64,000 nt of DNA from Fibrobacterota bacterium (GTDB taxonomy: Bacteria > Fibrobacterota > Fibrobacteria > UBA11236): NCBI GenBank assembly GCA_019509785.1, contig JAEKLQ010000032.1:11229-75228 (forward strand). The letters run 5' to 3'. This document shows, piece by piece, positions 38,286 to 47,718 of this stretch. A program made the position numbers and the translations under genes. Numbering within the stretch: position 1 is the first letter of the stretch; each line of letters begins with the position of its first letter. The notes under the pieces are model-generated. The model did no database searches. It saw only the letters and a list, made by a program, of their open reading frames with translations, and was not told the DNA's origin.

Positions 38286-39443
38286 GTGAAAGATTTCATC
38301 ATCATCAGTAACGTCTCCGACGACCCTTTCGCCATCGATATCGGCCACATGTGCGGCCAACCCGAGGAAATCTCGGACATCATCTCGCTCAAGGTCTACG
38401 CCAATACCGAATTCTGCCCCCGCTTCATCAGCGATGAACGGGATCTAAGCCGCATCGGCGGGCAATTGCTGGGCAAGACCATCATCATCTGCTCGGCGGC
38501 CACCAACCATACCCGCGGCTCCCTGGCCGTCCGCAACCTGATCCTGGCACGCGCGGCCAAGGACAATGGCGCCCGGCGTGTGATCCTCGTCGAACCGGAT
38601 CTTTACTTCAGCGCCCAGGATCGCGGGCCTCATCGGGGCCCGGACGAACAGAGCCGAACCGTCGAGGATTTGAAAAAGTTCGACGGCCAGCCCTTCACCG
38701 CGCGCCTGTACGCCGAGCTGCTCAAGATCGCCGGCGTGGACGTGGTGGTGACGGTCCACAACCATTCCGCCAAGGTGCAGAAACTTTTCTCCTACCTGTT
38801 CAACGGCGAATTCCATAACCTGCTGCCCGCCGAGCTTTACGCCGATTACATCCGCTACAGCGATTTGGTGGTTACGGGCAAGGACGGGGATAACCTGGTC
38901 CTGTGCGCGCCCGACCACGGCGCCGAACCGTTCATGCGGGCCGTCTACGATACCCTCGGCTTGCCTAAGACCTCGCGCATCATCATGGAAAAAAGCCGGG
39001 ACGGCGAGCGCAAGGTGACCATGAACGTGAGCAAGGAATCGGACCTCACCTTGGAGCAGATCGAAGGCAAGGACGTGATCGTTCTCGACGACATGGTGCG
39101 CACCGGTTCCACCATCGTCGAATGTTGCCGCCTGCTCCGCCAGGGCAAGCCGAACCGGGTTTGCTTCGGCGTGACCCACTTCATCTCCAGCGCCGAGGCC
39201 CGGGAAAACCTGAACTCGCCGCATATCGACGAGATCCTGACCCTCAACACCATTCCCGCCATCCTCAACCGCGATTCGCAAGGGCGCCTGCGTAAGAAGC
39301 TGGTCGTGCTCAAAATCGAGAAATGGATAGCGCGCTTCCTGCTGCAATACATGAGCCGGGATACGGGCAAGTTCGAAAAGGATTTCTACTCGGTCGACAT
39401 GTCCTCGAAAAACCCGCGCTGGCGCCCGCCCAACCGCTACTGA
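38286..39443 (+). CDS. ribose-phosphate pyrophosphokinase (PRPP synthetase) family protein, divergent
   Basis: The PRPP-binding loop is VIVLDDMVRTGSTI. EPDLYFSAQDRG is a flexible-loop-like segment. The start is GTG. Confidence 0.65.
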   Translation: MKDFIIISNVSDDPFAIDIGHMCGQPEEISDIISLKVYANTEFCPRFISDERDLSRIGGQLLGKTIIICSAATNHTRGSLAVRNLILARAAKDNGARRVILVEPDLYFSAQDRGPHRGPDEQSRTVEDLKKFDGQPFTARLYAELLKIAGVDVVVTVHNHSAKVQKLFSYLFNGEFHNLLPAELYADYIRYSDLVVTGKDGDNLVLCAPDHGAEPFMRAVYDTLGLPKTSRIIMEKSRDGERKVTMNVSKESDLTLEQIEGKDVIVLDDMVRTGSTIVECCRLLRQGKPNRVCFGVTHFISSAEARENLNSPHIDEILTLNTIPAILNRDSQGRLRKKLVVLKIEKWIARFLLQYMSRDTGKFEKDFYSVDMSSKNPRWRPPNRY

Positions 39444-39444
39444 G

Positions 39445-40338
39445 ATGTCCACCTCCGCGATCCCCAAACCGGGCCCGGCCGAAGGCAAGGAGAAGATCTT
39501 CGTCTTTTCCCACCGCGGCGCCTTGGGCGATTTCATCATGACCTGGCCGGCTCTGGTCACCCTGCGCTGGAAATTTTCCGACCACCGCTTCGTAGGGCTG
39601 GGCAAGCTCCCGTATCTGAAGCTCGCGGCGGACATGGGCCTGGTGGACGACGTCTACGATTGCGAAGCCCAGGAGTTCCTGTCATTCTACTCCGGCGATA
39701 TGCTGCCGCGGGCCCTGGACGGAATCACCTCGGCCCTGCTCTGGATGGAGGAAGAGCCCAAGCTCCGGACCCTCTTGCATCAGAGATGCTCCGGCCCTTT
39801 CCATATCCATCCGCCTTTCCCGGCTTCGGGCCAGGAACATGCGATGGATCATCATCTCCAATGCCTGCCTTACTTTTCTCTTCCCGCCGTGCCCGAGGAG
39901 GATTTGTACTTCCCGCTCACCACCACGCGGCAGGGGTACGCGATCATCCATCCGGGTTCCGGCAGCAAGGAGAAGAATTACGATCCCGAGTTCTACGCCT
40001 TCCTGGCGAATGAACTCAAGAGCCGGCGATATCCCGATACGCGCATCGTTCTCGGCCCGGCCGAACGCGAGCTGAAACCCCTGTTCGCGTCGCGCTTTCC
40101 CGTGATCGAGCCGGAAGATCCGCTAGAGCTGGCCCACTTGCTTTCCGGCGCCAACCTGTTCGTCGGGAACGACAGCGGCGTGAGCCATCTGGCCGCCGTG
40201 CTCGGGACCAAGACCTTGGCCTTGTTCAAAGGGCAGAACTACGTGCAATGGGGCGTGCGCGGGAAGGACGCCCATAACCTGGAAGCCGCGAGCGAGGCCC
40301 AGGCGATGACGCGGATCCAGAAGGCCTTGCAAGGGTGA
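39445..40338 (+). CDS. glycosyltransferase family 9 (heptosyltransferase-like)
   Basis: The motifs IHPGSGSKEKNY and GNDSGVSHLAAVLGTKTLALF are GT9 signatures. Confidence 0.7.
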   Translation: MSTSAIPKPGPAEGKEKIFVFSHRGALGDFIMTWPALVTLRWKFSDHRFVGLGKLPYLKLAADMGLVDDVYDCEAQEFLSFYSGDMLPRALDGITSALLWMEEEPKLRTLLHQRCSGPFHIHPPFPASGQEHAMDHHLQCLPYFSLPAVPEEDLYFPLTTTRQGYAIIHPGSGSKEKNYDPEFYAFLANELKSRRYPDTRIVLGPAERELKPLFASRFPVIEPEDPLELAHLLSGANLFVGNDSGVSHLAAVLGTKTLALFKGQNYVQWGVRGKDAHNLEAASEAQAMTRIQKALQG

Positions 40339-40785
40339 AGAGAGGGTAAAGGGTACAGGGTTAAGGGTACAGGGATTTTTTCAGGCTGAATAGGATCTTT
40401 CCGACCTCTTCAGCCTCTTTGTAAGCGGTTTTGATTTGGTCCCGGGATACGAGATCCAGCTTTACCGCCAAGATCAGCAATGTTTGCAATTCAGCTAGAG
40501 AGCCACAAGCGATTGCGAGGAATTGGAGATACTCCTTCCGGTACTGCCGAGCGTAACCCTCCGCAATATTAGCGGGTATTGAAACCGCCGCTCTCCTGAT
40601 TTGCGAGGAAAGCTCAAAGCGCTCTTCAATGGGGAGACTTCGTGCGACGAGATACGCAGCTCGAGCCAAATCAACCCCTCTCCTCCAAGCAGTCAAATCC
40701 CGGTAGGAATTCAATTTCGGCATTACATCCCCCCTTACCTAAACCCTTTACCCTTTACCCTTTACCCTTTACCCTAATCCCTTCT
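40339..40785. mobile_element. inverted heptamer-repeat hairpin element: G-rich arm (GGGTAAA GGGTACA GGGTTAA GGGTACA GGG, 40344-40374) and C-rich arm ((CCCTTTA)n, 40731-40781) enclosing a low-GC four-helix-bundle gene
   Basis: The element fills the whole intergenic space between convergent genes. The arms can base-pair. The enclosed gene is about 48% GC against a 66% background. The same 21-mer GGGTAAAGGGTACAGGGTTAA recurs at 58387-58407. Confidence 0.55.
40361..40723 (-). CDS. four-helix-bundle protein (PF05635-like: 23S rRNA intervening-sequence protein / DGR Avd family)
   Basis: The helical heptad pattern LARAAYLVARSLPIEERFELSSQIRRAAVSIPANIAEGYAR...LQFLAIACGSLAELQT is present. The last four codons (SLYP*) are encoded by the G-rich repeat arm. 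Confidence 0.6.
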   Translation of the reverse strand: MPKLNSYRDLTAWRRGVDLARAAYLVARSLPIEERFELSSQIRRAAVSIPANIAEGYARQYRKEYLQFLAIACGSLAELQTLLILAVKLDLVSRDQIKTAYKEAEEVGKILFSLKKSLYP

Positions 40786-41676
40786 TCACTCCCAAGGTTC
40801 AATCCTCCTTACTCCCCATTCGCCCAATTCGAAGGCGATCGTCCCTTCCCGGTCCGTCCGCAAGATGCGCGCGTCGTCCCCCGACGCTTCGTCGCCCGAC
40901 GCGCCGTCTTCCATCACCCATCGCAAATCCGCCAACGCTTCCGCATGGGGATGGCCGTAAACCGAGCTATCGCAGGAGATGACCGCCCAGCGCGGATGCA
41001 CCGCTTCGATGAAGCCCAGCCCGCTGGAGGTTCGGCTCCCGTGGTGCGCCACTTTCAGGATATCCGCCGCGAGATCGGGGTGATCCGAAAGGATGATTCG
41101 TTCGACAGGGTCCTCGATATCCCCCGTCAGGAGGATGCGCATCCCCGCGCTCTCCACGCGCAGTACCGTGGAAAGATCGTTTCCCGAATACGTGGCGCGG
41201 GGAGCCGGCCATAGGGCCCGCACCCGCACCGCGTCCCAAAGCAAGGTATCGCCCTCGAAGAGGGTTGCCTTATCCGCCCCGGAGACGTCCAATGCGCGCA
41301 TCGCCTCCAACCAGGCCGAATCCGATCGGGTCCCTTCGGGCAAAAACACCTTTTTCACGGGGAAGGCATGCAGCACCGCGGGCAGGGCGCCGAAGTGATC
41401 CAGGTCCGTATGGGAAAGGACGATGGCTTGCAAGGTGTCCGCCCGGACATGTCTGAGAAACGCGATCAAGGCCCGCTCATCGTTCCCGACGTCATTCAAG
41501 TACCATTTGCCTTCGGGAGTCCGCAGGGCGCAGGCATCCCCCTGTCCAACGTCCACGAAAAAAACGCGCAGGCCGGGGGCCTCTTTTTCGGGGACCGCCC
41601 AGGGCGAACAGGCGAGGAAAATGCCCGTGCACGGGGCCAGGAATAGAACGACAATTCTAGGGATGGGGATAAACAT
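40786..41676 (-). CDS. MBL-fold metallo-hydrolase (ComEC C-terminal-like), secreted or membrane-anchored
   Basis: The metal-binding motif HTDLDHFG (HxHxDH) and VAHHGS are present. There is an N-terminal hydrophobic segment. Confidence 0.7.
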   Translation of the reverse strand: MFIPIPRIVVLFLAPCTGIFLACSPWAVPEKEAPGLRVFFVDVGQGDACALRTPEGKWYLNDVGNDERALIAFLRHVRADTLQAIVLSHTDLDHFGALPAVLHAFPVKKVFLPEGTRSDSAWLEAMRALDVSGADKATLFEGDTLLWDAVRVRALWPAPRATYSGNDLSTVLRVESAGMRILLTGDIEDPVERIILSDHPDLAADILKVAHHGSRTSSGLGFIEAVHPRWAVISCDSSVYGHPHAEALADLRWVMEDGASGDEASGDDARILRTDREGTIAFELGEWGVRRIEPWE

Positions 41677-41796
41677 TTGCTACCTTCCCGGACCAATGGC
41701 TTCGGCCGCCGCGAATGAAATAATCATCCACGCCGTCGGAGGTCGTGCTCAGCCGCACACCGGTGCCTGACGGACCGGGCGGCAGCGCCGAGAATC

Positions 41797-43527
41797 ATGG
41801 AATACGGTCGTTATAGGATCCTCAGTCAGTTGGGCCAAGGCGGCATGGCCACGGTCTATCTCGCCGAAGATCCCCTCCTGCAACGCCTGGTCGCGATCAA
41901 GGTGATCCAGGCCCATCTGTCTTCCAACTCCGGCTTGATGGAACGCTTCACGGTCGAAGCCAAGACCATCGCCTCCTTGCGGCACATCAACATCGTCGAA
42001 GTGTTCGATTTCGGGATCCAGGACGATCAGCAATTCCTGGTGATGGAATACATCGACGGCCAGAATCTGCAAGCCATCTGCGGGGCCTTGCTTGGGCGGT
42101 CCATGCCCAATACCGTCGCGGCGGCCATCATCTGCCAAGCCGCCGAGGGCCTCACTTCCGCCGAGAAGCACGGCGTGGTCCATCGGGACATCAAGCCCGA
42201 GAACCTCATGTTCAACTCCGAAGGCACCTTGAAGATCGCCGACTTCGGCATCGCCCATATCGCTGACGAAGGATCGCGCACCCAAACCGGCGCCGTGCTG
42301 GGTTCCCCGAACTTCATGTCGCCGGAGCAGATCGAAGGCCTTCGGCCCACCAACAAGACCGATATTTTTTCCCTGGGCGGGGTGTTCTACTACATCCTCA
42401 CCGGCAAGCTCCCCTTCACCGGCCCCAGCATCCCGGTGACCATGCGCAATATCTGCGAGCGGCCGCATCCGCCCATCGTCGAAAGCAATCCGCAGGCCGA
42501 TCCGTTCCTGATTAAGCTCGTGGACGTGCTTTTGCAGAAGCGCCCCGAAGCCCGCGGCGACGGGGCCCGCTGGCTCGCCAACCAGTTGCGCGCCTATCTC
42601 GGCTCGCAGGGCATCGTCGATATCGTGGATTACGTGAAGACTTTCATCCAGTCCTTAGGGTTGGTCGGCGGCGGGCATACCCTGGTCGAAGGCGGCCTCA
42701 CCAAGCAGACCCTACGGCCCACGCGGTCGGGCGGATCTTCGGTAGGGGGCTTTCCGCCTTCGCAGCTCATCAAAGGCGGCGCCACCCCGACCGGGAGCAA
42801 CACGTATTCCCGGTCCATGGCCGATCCCGCGGAATTCCAGACCCAAGCGACTACCGGGGCGATGGGACCCTCGTCGCGCAGTCCCTTGGTTTGGATCGGG
42901 GTCCTGCTTTCCTTATGCGTTTTGGTCCTGGCGGGCGCCATCATCTGGTCGCGAATGCCGCATGACGACACGAGCCTTAAGACGGCCTCGGTTAAGCATA
43001 CAACCAAGGGGGTTACCCCGACTCCGGTAACGCCAACAAAAGTGCCCGAGACGACCAATCCCGTGCCTTCCACGACAGGGAATCCGACCGCATTCACTTC
43101 GGATACCCAGCCCGTTAACCCCATCCCGACTCCCCAATCCCACATCGGAACGATGGAGCCGGCAAATCCGGTCCATTACGGCGGCAAGGTACCGGTAAGG
43201 CCGCGCCATACCGGGCGGGAAAACATCGAACTCCATCATACCGTGGCTACGCATAATCCGGAGCCCCGTCCGGTTCCGGCCCCGGCGCCTGTCCACGAGC
43301 CGGAAGCCGCCCAGACCGGATTCGTCCTCATCAAGTCGGCCCCGCCCTTCGCGGCGTTGACCATCAATGGTAAACCGCAAGGCGAGACCCCCATGAACGC
43401 TTATCTCGAAGTGCCCGTGGGCAAATGCCATATCGAGATCGTCCATCGGCTAAGCCCCCCCTTCGATACGACCATCATGGTCAGTCCGGGTTTCCGCCGC
43501 GAATTCAAATTCAAGCTGGATCGATAG
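41797..43527 (+). CDS. Hanks-type Ser/Thr protein kinase with C-terminal TM segment and PEGA domain
   Basis: The kinase motifs VAIKVI, HRDIKPENLMF, DFGIAH and SPEQ are present. A TM helix (VWIGVLLSLCVLVLAGAII) is followed by PEGA (GFVLIKSAPPFAALTINGK). Confidence 0.8.
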   Translation: MEYGRYRILSQLGQGGMATVYLAEDPLLQRLVAIKVIQAHLSSNSGLMERFTVEAKTIASLRHINIVEVFDFGIQDDQQFLVMEYIDGQNLQAICGALLGRSMPNTVAAAIICQAAEGLTSAEKHGVVHRDIKPENLMFNSEGTLKIADFGIAHIADEGSRTQTGAVLGSPNFMSPEQIEGLRPTNKTDIFSLGGVFYYILTGKLPFTGPSIPVTMRNICERPHPPIVESNPQADPFLIKLVDVLLQKRPEARGDGARWLANQLRAYLGSQGIVDIVDYVKTFIQSLGLVGGGHTLVEGGLTKQTLRPTRSGGSSVGGFPPSQLIKGGATPTGSNTYSRSMADPAEFQTQATTGAMGPSSRSPLVWIGVLLSLCVLVLAGAIIWSRMPHDDTSLKTASVKHTTKGVTPTPVTPTKVPETTNPVPSTTGNPTAFTSDTQPVNPIPTPQSHIGTMEPANPVHYGGKVPVRPRHTGRENIELHHTVATHNPEPRPVPAPAPVHEPEAAQTGFVLIKSAPPFAALTINGKPQGETPMNAYLEVPVGKCHIEIVHRLSPPFDTTIMVSPGFRREFKFKLDR

Positions 43528-43593
43528 GCCGGAATGCCCCCTCGCCGATCGCGGGGATTCCTCGGTCGGATGCGCCGAAATGAGCTACTTTTA

Positions 43594-43613
43594 GCCCCCG
43601 AGGGGCCATTTTT
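43594..43613 (+). terminator. rho-independent terminator after the kinase gene
   Basis: GCCCC-cga-GGGGC is followed by CATTTTT. Confidence 0.5.
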
Positions 43614-43710
43614 CCTTACCGATGAATTAAGTTTTTAGGCTCCGTGCATGGGGCTTGCGGCCACCTCGTTTCGGGAACGCGACTTTCAACCTCAGGAGCA
43701 TAAGGAAAAA

Positions 43711-44433
43711 ATGGTGCTGAAGCGAATCCTTCCCTTGGCCATCGTCATGGCGACTTCCCCGGCATTTTCCCAGGTGCAGTTGTTCGAGGCCGAGGTTTCC
43801 GGCATTGTTCCCCACGCTGGCATCACTTGGAACTCCGGTATCACGCAATACCTCGCCGGATTCGAGTACACCATCGATGGGCGCACGACCCTGGGATTCG
43901 ATTACGCGGCCCCCTTGAAGGATACCCTGACCTTTGATCCCGACTTGAAATCCTACACCGTGCATCCCTACGGCGAATTCGAATTCATCGAACCGGACAA
44001 CCTGAAGACCTTCAGCTTCGCCATGCGCGTGGACTTCATCCACGAGGATACCCACGACAAGCCCAGCAGTACTCCGGCGGCGAAGCGGTACAATAGCTTT
44101 ACCCGTACCTGGCTGGGGGGCGGCCCCGTTTTCGCGTTACGCATTTTCAGCAGCGAAAGGCTGGCCCTGATTCCGGCCGCCAGCTACGAAGCCTATTACG
44201 TCACCTGGCGCAAGGACTTCCTGGACCCCGCCACCAACGGCAATAGCGGAACCTTCAAGGAAGACAACAATCTCTGGCACGACGTGTCCGGTTCCTGCGC
44301 CGTCCACTTCATCCTGAATGAGTTCAACGGAATCACCTTCGAACCCAAAATCGTCGCCCGCTTCGGCGACGGCCTGCAATCCTCCGACCTCCTCAACGTG
44401 TCAGCCTCGCTGGGCTACGTCCTGGCTTTCTAA
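43711..44433 (+). CDS. outer-membrane beta-barrel-like hypothetical protein
   Basis: AGGAG RBS. The signal peptide is MVLKRILPLAIVMATSPAFSQ. An alternating beta pattern is present and the protein ends in F. Confidence 0.5.
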   Translation: MVLKRILPLAIVMATSPAFSQVQLFEAEVSGIVPHAGITWNSGITQYLAGFEYTIDGRTTLGFDYAAPLKDTLTFDPDLKSYTVHPYGEFEFIEPDNLKTFSFAMRVDFIHEDTHDKPSSTPAAKRYNSFTRTWLGGGPVFALRIFSSERLALIPAASYEAYYVTWRKDFLDPATNGNSGTFKEDNNLWHDVSGSCAVHFILNEFNGITFEPKIVARFGDGLQSSDLLNVSASLGYVLAF

Positions 44434-44556
44434 GGCATTAGACCGACCGCGTTCCCGCCATCGCCTCAAGAGGATGGGTGTGACTGGGCATCGATCAAGG
44501 GCGCCGGTGACGGGCGCCTTAACGGCGCGATCGGGAGGGGTGGTGACGGGGCGGCT

Positions 44557-44740
44557 GGGAGGGGCGCGGGCGGCGAATTAAGGCCGTCGGCATTCTGCGC
44601 CACGCATGGGACCCTAAGCATCGGCAGGACGCGAGCCCGCTAAAAGACCAAGCACTGGATTCGCGGCCGTCGCGCGGCGCAGAATGCCGGGAGGACCGAA
44701 TCCACTGGCAGGCCTTATCTGAGCCTCCCGCGCCCCTCCC
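44557..44740. repeat. nested perfect inverted repeats in an ORF-free 340-nt gap (possible sRNA, MITE/REP-like element or bidirectional terminator complex)
   Basis: The outer 14-bp inverted repeat is GGGAGGGGCGCGGG (44557-44570) / CCCGCGCCCCTCCC (44727-44740). The inner 14-bp inverted repeat is CGGCATTCTGCGCC (44588-44601) / GGCGCAGAATGCCG (44676-44689). Confidence 0.4.
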
Positions 44741-44772
44741 AGACGCACCGGCCCCAATCATCCAGCGACGCG

Positions 44773-46647
44773 TCAGTTCAGCCGCACCAACTCCACCCTA
44801 CGATTCCTCTGCCTCCCGATCGCCGTCCGATTATTATCGATCGGGTCCCGCGCTCCTAAGCCCCGCGCCAGGATCTGATCCGGGGGGATCCCTTTGGAAA
44901 CGAGATATTTCCGCACCGCGTTGGCCCGGGCTTCCGACGAACGCATACCGTCCAATTCGGAGGCGGCCCCGTCCCAGTAGCCGCGCACTTCGACCATGAC
45001 CCCGGGAATGGCGCGGATGCGTTCGGCCAAGGAATCCAACGAAACAAAGGATTCCGGCAAGAGCTTGTCGGTGTTCCCCAGGAAATGGATCGATTTCAAT
45101 AAAGAGCGCTTTTCCAGCGGCGCCGCGCCGCTCCCGCCTTTGCCTGGGGCTTCGTCGGGGCAGCCGTCCCCGTCCTCGAAGCCGTTATAGGTTTCCGGCT
45201 CGTTCGGGCATTTATCGTTGAGGTCCGGGATCTTGTCGTTGTCATTGTCCGGATCGGGACAGCCGTCGGCATCCTCGAAATTGTCCTTGTCCTCGGGAAG
45301 GTTCGGGCACTTATCCACCGCATCGGGCACGCCATCCTTATCGTTATCGAGATCGGGGCAACCGTCGTAATCCTCGAAGCCGTCCATGTCCTCCGGCTCA
45401 TTAGGGCATTTGTCCTGCAAGTCCGGGATGCCATCCTTGTCGTTGTCGGGCTCCGGGCAGCCATCCTCGTCCTGGAAGCCGTCCTTGTCTTCAGGTTGGT
45501 TGGGGCACTTATACAAGGCATCCGGGACGCCGTCCTGATCGTTGTCCGGATCGGGACAGCCATCCGCGTCCTGGAAGCCGTCCTTATCCTCCGGCTCGTT
45601 GGGGCAGGTATCCTCCTTGTCGGGAATCCCGTCATGATCGGCGTCCTCGGCGACGAAGGCCCCGCTCCAGCCTATGTTGGCGGCCAAGCCCCAGCGCGGT
45701 TGAAAGCGGGCCGCGAAGGCGTAGACGCCGTAATTCGCCGGAAGGGCATAGCGGCGGAAGGGCCGCGCGGAGGGAAGGCTTTTCTGGAGGTTCACGGAAA
45801 AGAAGATGCCGTCGTCCCCGCGGGAAGAGAATCCGGCGAAGGCGTAGGAATATTCCTTCCCGATGGCGTCCAAGCCTTTCATCTCCGAGGTACGGGTCTC
45901 GGATTGGGCGCCTCCTAGGAAGGACAGATAGGGTAGGGGTACCCATTCCAGATCTCCGCCCAGCAGGAAACGTTCGCGCGCTCCCGGCAACCCCGAGTTC
46001 GCGAAGCCGGCGTTCAGTGAGGATCGGAAAGGCAGCGGCATAGGCTCAATGCGGGTAAGGTCGAGGGTGAGCAGGGCGCGCGCCGACCAGCCGAAGCCAT
46101 AGGTGGAAAAGAAGCGGGGGGGAGCCACGGTGGAATCATCGGGCATTTCCGCGAAGGACTTGGGCAGGAAGCCTTTTCCGTTTTTCGAGGGAAAGGTCAA
46201 GCCCGCCAGCAAGGCTCCATCGAGGACGTGATCGCCGACGAAAGCATATCCCCCTTTAACGGAGAGGAGGGGATCTCCCAGGCCGGAGCCGGATAGTTCC
46301 TTGGCCTCGGTATCGGTGATGAAATCCCCGTAGTACGGGATGCTGAGGCCGACGTCGAAATGGCTGCCGATGCCCATGGCGAAGTTGAGCCGGATGGCGG
46401 CGCTTTGCATGTCCTGGACCTGGTTGCTGTCGAGGAAACCGGTATAGAGTTGCTTGAGGAAGATGTTATCCCGCACCATGGATTCGTCCTCGTGCCCGGT
46501 GGCGCTGGCCGAAGCGTACAGGGCCAGATGCCCCAAAGGGCGCGCGGAGGGGATGAACAATTCGCCGGGGAGCCCTTCGAGGGTGGCTGCGCATGCGGCG
46601 GAGGCGCAGACGAGGACGGAAAGCCTTAAGAAATTGACCTTTTTCAT
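44773..46647 (-). CDS. OmpA-family outer membrane protein with N-terminal beta-barrel, thrombospondin type-3 Ca-binding repeats and C-terminal OmpA peptidoglycan-binding domain
   Basis: The signal peptide is MKKVNFLRLSVLVCASAACAA. The DxDxDGxxDxxDxCP motif repeats (DKDGFQDADGCPDPDNDQDGVPD...). The OmpA C-terminus is NRTAIGRQRNRRVELV. Confidence 0.8.
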   Translation of the reverse strand: MKKVNFLRLSVLVCASAACAATLEGLPGELFIPSARPLGHLALYASASATGHEDESMVRDNIFLKQLYTGFLDSNQVQDMQSAAIRLNFAMGIGSHFDVGLSIPYYGDFITDTEAKELSGSGLGDPLLSVKGGYAFVGDHVLDGALLAGLTFPSKNGKGFLPKSFAEMPDDSTVAPPRFFSTYGFGWSARALLTLDLTRIEPMPLPFRSSLNAGFANSGLPGARERFLLGGDLEWVPLPYLSFLGGAQSETRTSEMKGLDAIGKEYSYAFAGFSSRGDDGIFFSVNLQKSLPSARPFRRYALPANYGVYAFAARFQPRWGLAANIGWSGAFVAEDADHDGIPDKEDTCPNEPEDKDGFQDADGCPDPDNDQDGVPDALYKCPNQPEDKDGFQDEDGCPEPDNDKDGIPDLQDKCPNEPEDMDGFEDYDGCPDLDNDKDGVPDAVDKCPNLPEDKDNFEDADGCPDPDNDNDKIPDLNDKCPNEPETYNGFEDGDGCPDEAPGKGGSGAAPLEKRSLLKSIHFLGNTDKLLPESFVSLDSLAERIRAIPGVMVEVRGYWDGAASELDGMRSSEARANAVRKYLVSKGIPPDQILARGLGARDPIDNNRTAIGRQRNRRVELVRLN

Positions 46648-46857
46648 ACACCTATTTCGGACGGCCTGCGGCATGGGTCCCGGGGCGTTCGGAGGCCGAT
46701 GGCGCCTGCAAAGTTACTAATAACGTTTCCATTCCAAAGTTTTCCGGCCTTGCCGGAAAGACAGGTTCGAGTTGAAAGTCCTTCGCCGATTAGGATATCA
46801 TGGTTGGGACCGGCCCGCACGGGCAACCTGAAGGTCTATAGCCGGCGCGGAGAAGGC

Positions 46858-47718
46858 ATGAGCAAAAGCCTCGAACAAAAAAAGATTGAACAGATCGAGA
46901 ACCTTCCGACCCTTCCGGAGGTCGCGAACAAACTCCTCAAGATCATCAACGATCCCACCACCACGGCGGTAGACGTCGCCAACCTGATTTCCCGGGACTT
47001 AAGCCTCACTTCGAAGGTGCTGCGCTTGGCCAACTCCGCCTTTTACGGCATCCCCCGTACCGTTACCACCGTCCAGAACGCCGTCGTGATCCTGGGCCTC
47101 AAGGTGATCAACACCATGGTGTTCAGCATTACCGTGGTGAAGATGTTCCCCGGCGACGGTCGCAATGAACTGTTCAGCCGCAAGAAATTCTGGGCCCATT
47201 CGCTGGCCTGCGCCGTATTATCGCGCCAGCTGGCCCTGCGCATGCGCAAGTTCACGCTCTTCGATCCCGAGGAATGCTTTTGCGCCGGGCTTATCCACGA
47301 CATCGGCCGCATCGTGCTGGATCAATACTTCCACGAGAATTTCATCAAGGCGATCAAGACCTCGGTCGAGAAGAAGACTTCCTTGCTCGAGGCGGAGATA
47401 GGCGTGTTCGGTTTCAGCCATCAAGACGTCGGGGATTGGCTGACTTCGCGCTGGGAACTCCCGCAGGACATCCGCATCCCCATCGTGTACCACCATAATC
47501 CCGCCAAGACCGAGTACGCCCGGGAGATCACCACCTTGGTGCACTTGGCCGACAGCATGTGCTTCGACATCGGCTTCAATCTACCCGGCCTGGAAATCCG
47601 CCCCCCGCTCGACACCGCCCTCATCGCCCAATTGGGTTTCACTCCCGAGGATTTGGACGCCGTAAAGGGATCCGCCCACGAGGAGATCGAGAAATTCCAC
47701 TCCGCCTTCGAGATTTGA
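46858..47718 (+). CDS. HDOD domain signalling protein
   Basis: NLPTLPEVANKLLKIINDP...SRDLSLTSKVLRLANSAFYG...GLIHDIGRIVL are HDOD signatures. Confidence 0.75.
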   Translation: MSKSLEQKKIEQIENLPTLPEVANKLLKIINDPTTTAVDVANLISRDLSLTSKVLRLANSAFYGIPRTVTTVQNAVVILGLKVINTMVFSITVVKMFPGDGRNELFSRKKFWAHSLACAVLSRQLALRMRKFTLFDPEECFCAGLIHDIGRIVLDQYFHENFIKAIKTSVEKKTSLLEAEIGVFGFSHQDVGDWLTSRWELPQDIRIPIVYHHNPAKTEYAREITTLVHLADSMCFDIGFNLPGLEIRPPLDTALIAQLGFTPEDLDAVKGSAHEEIEKFHSAFEI

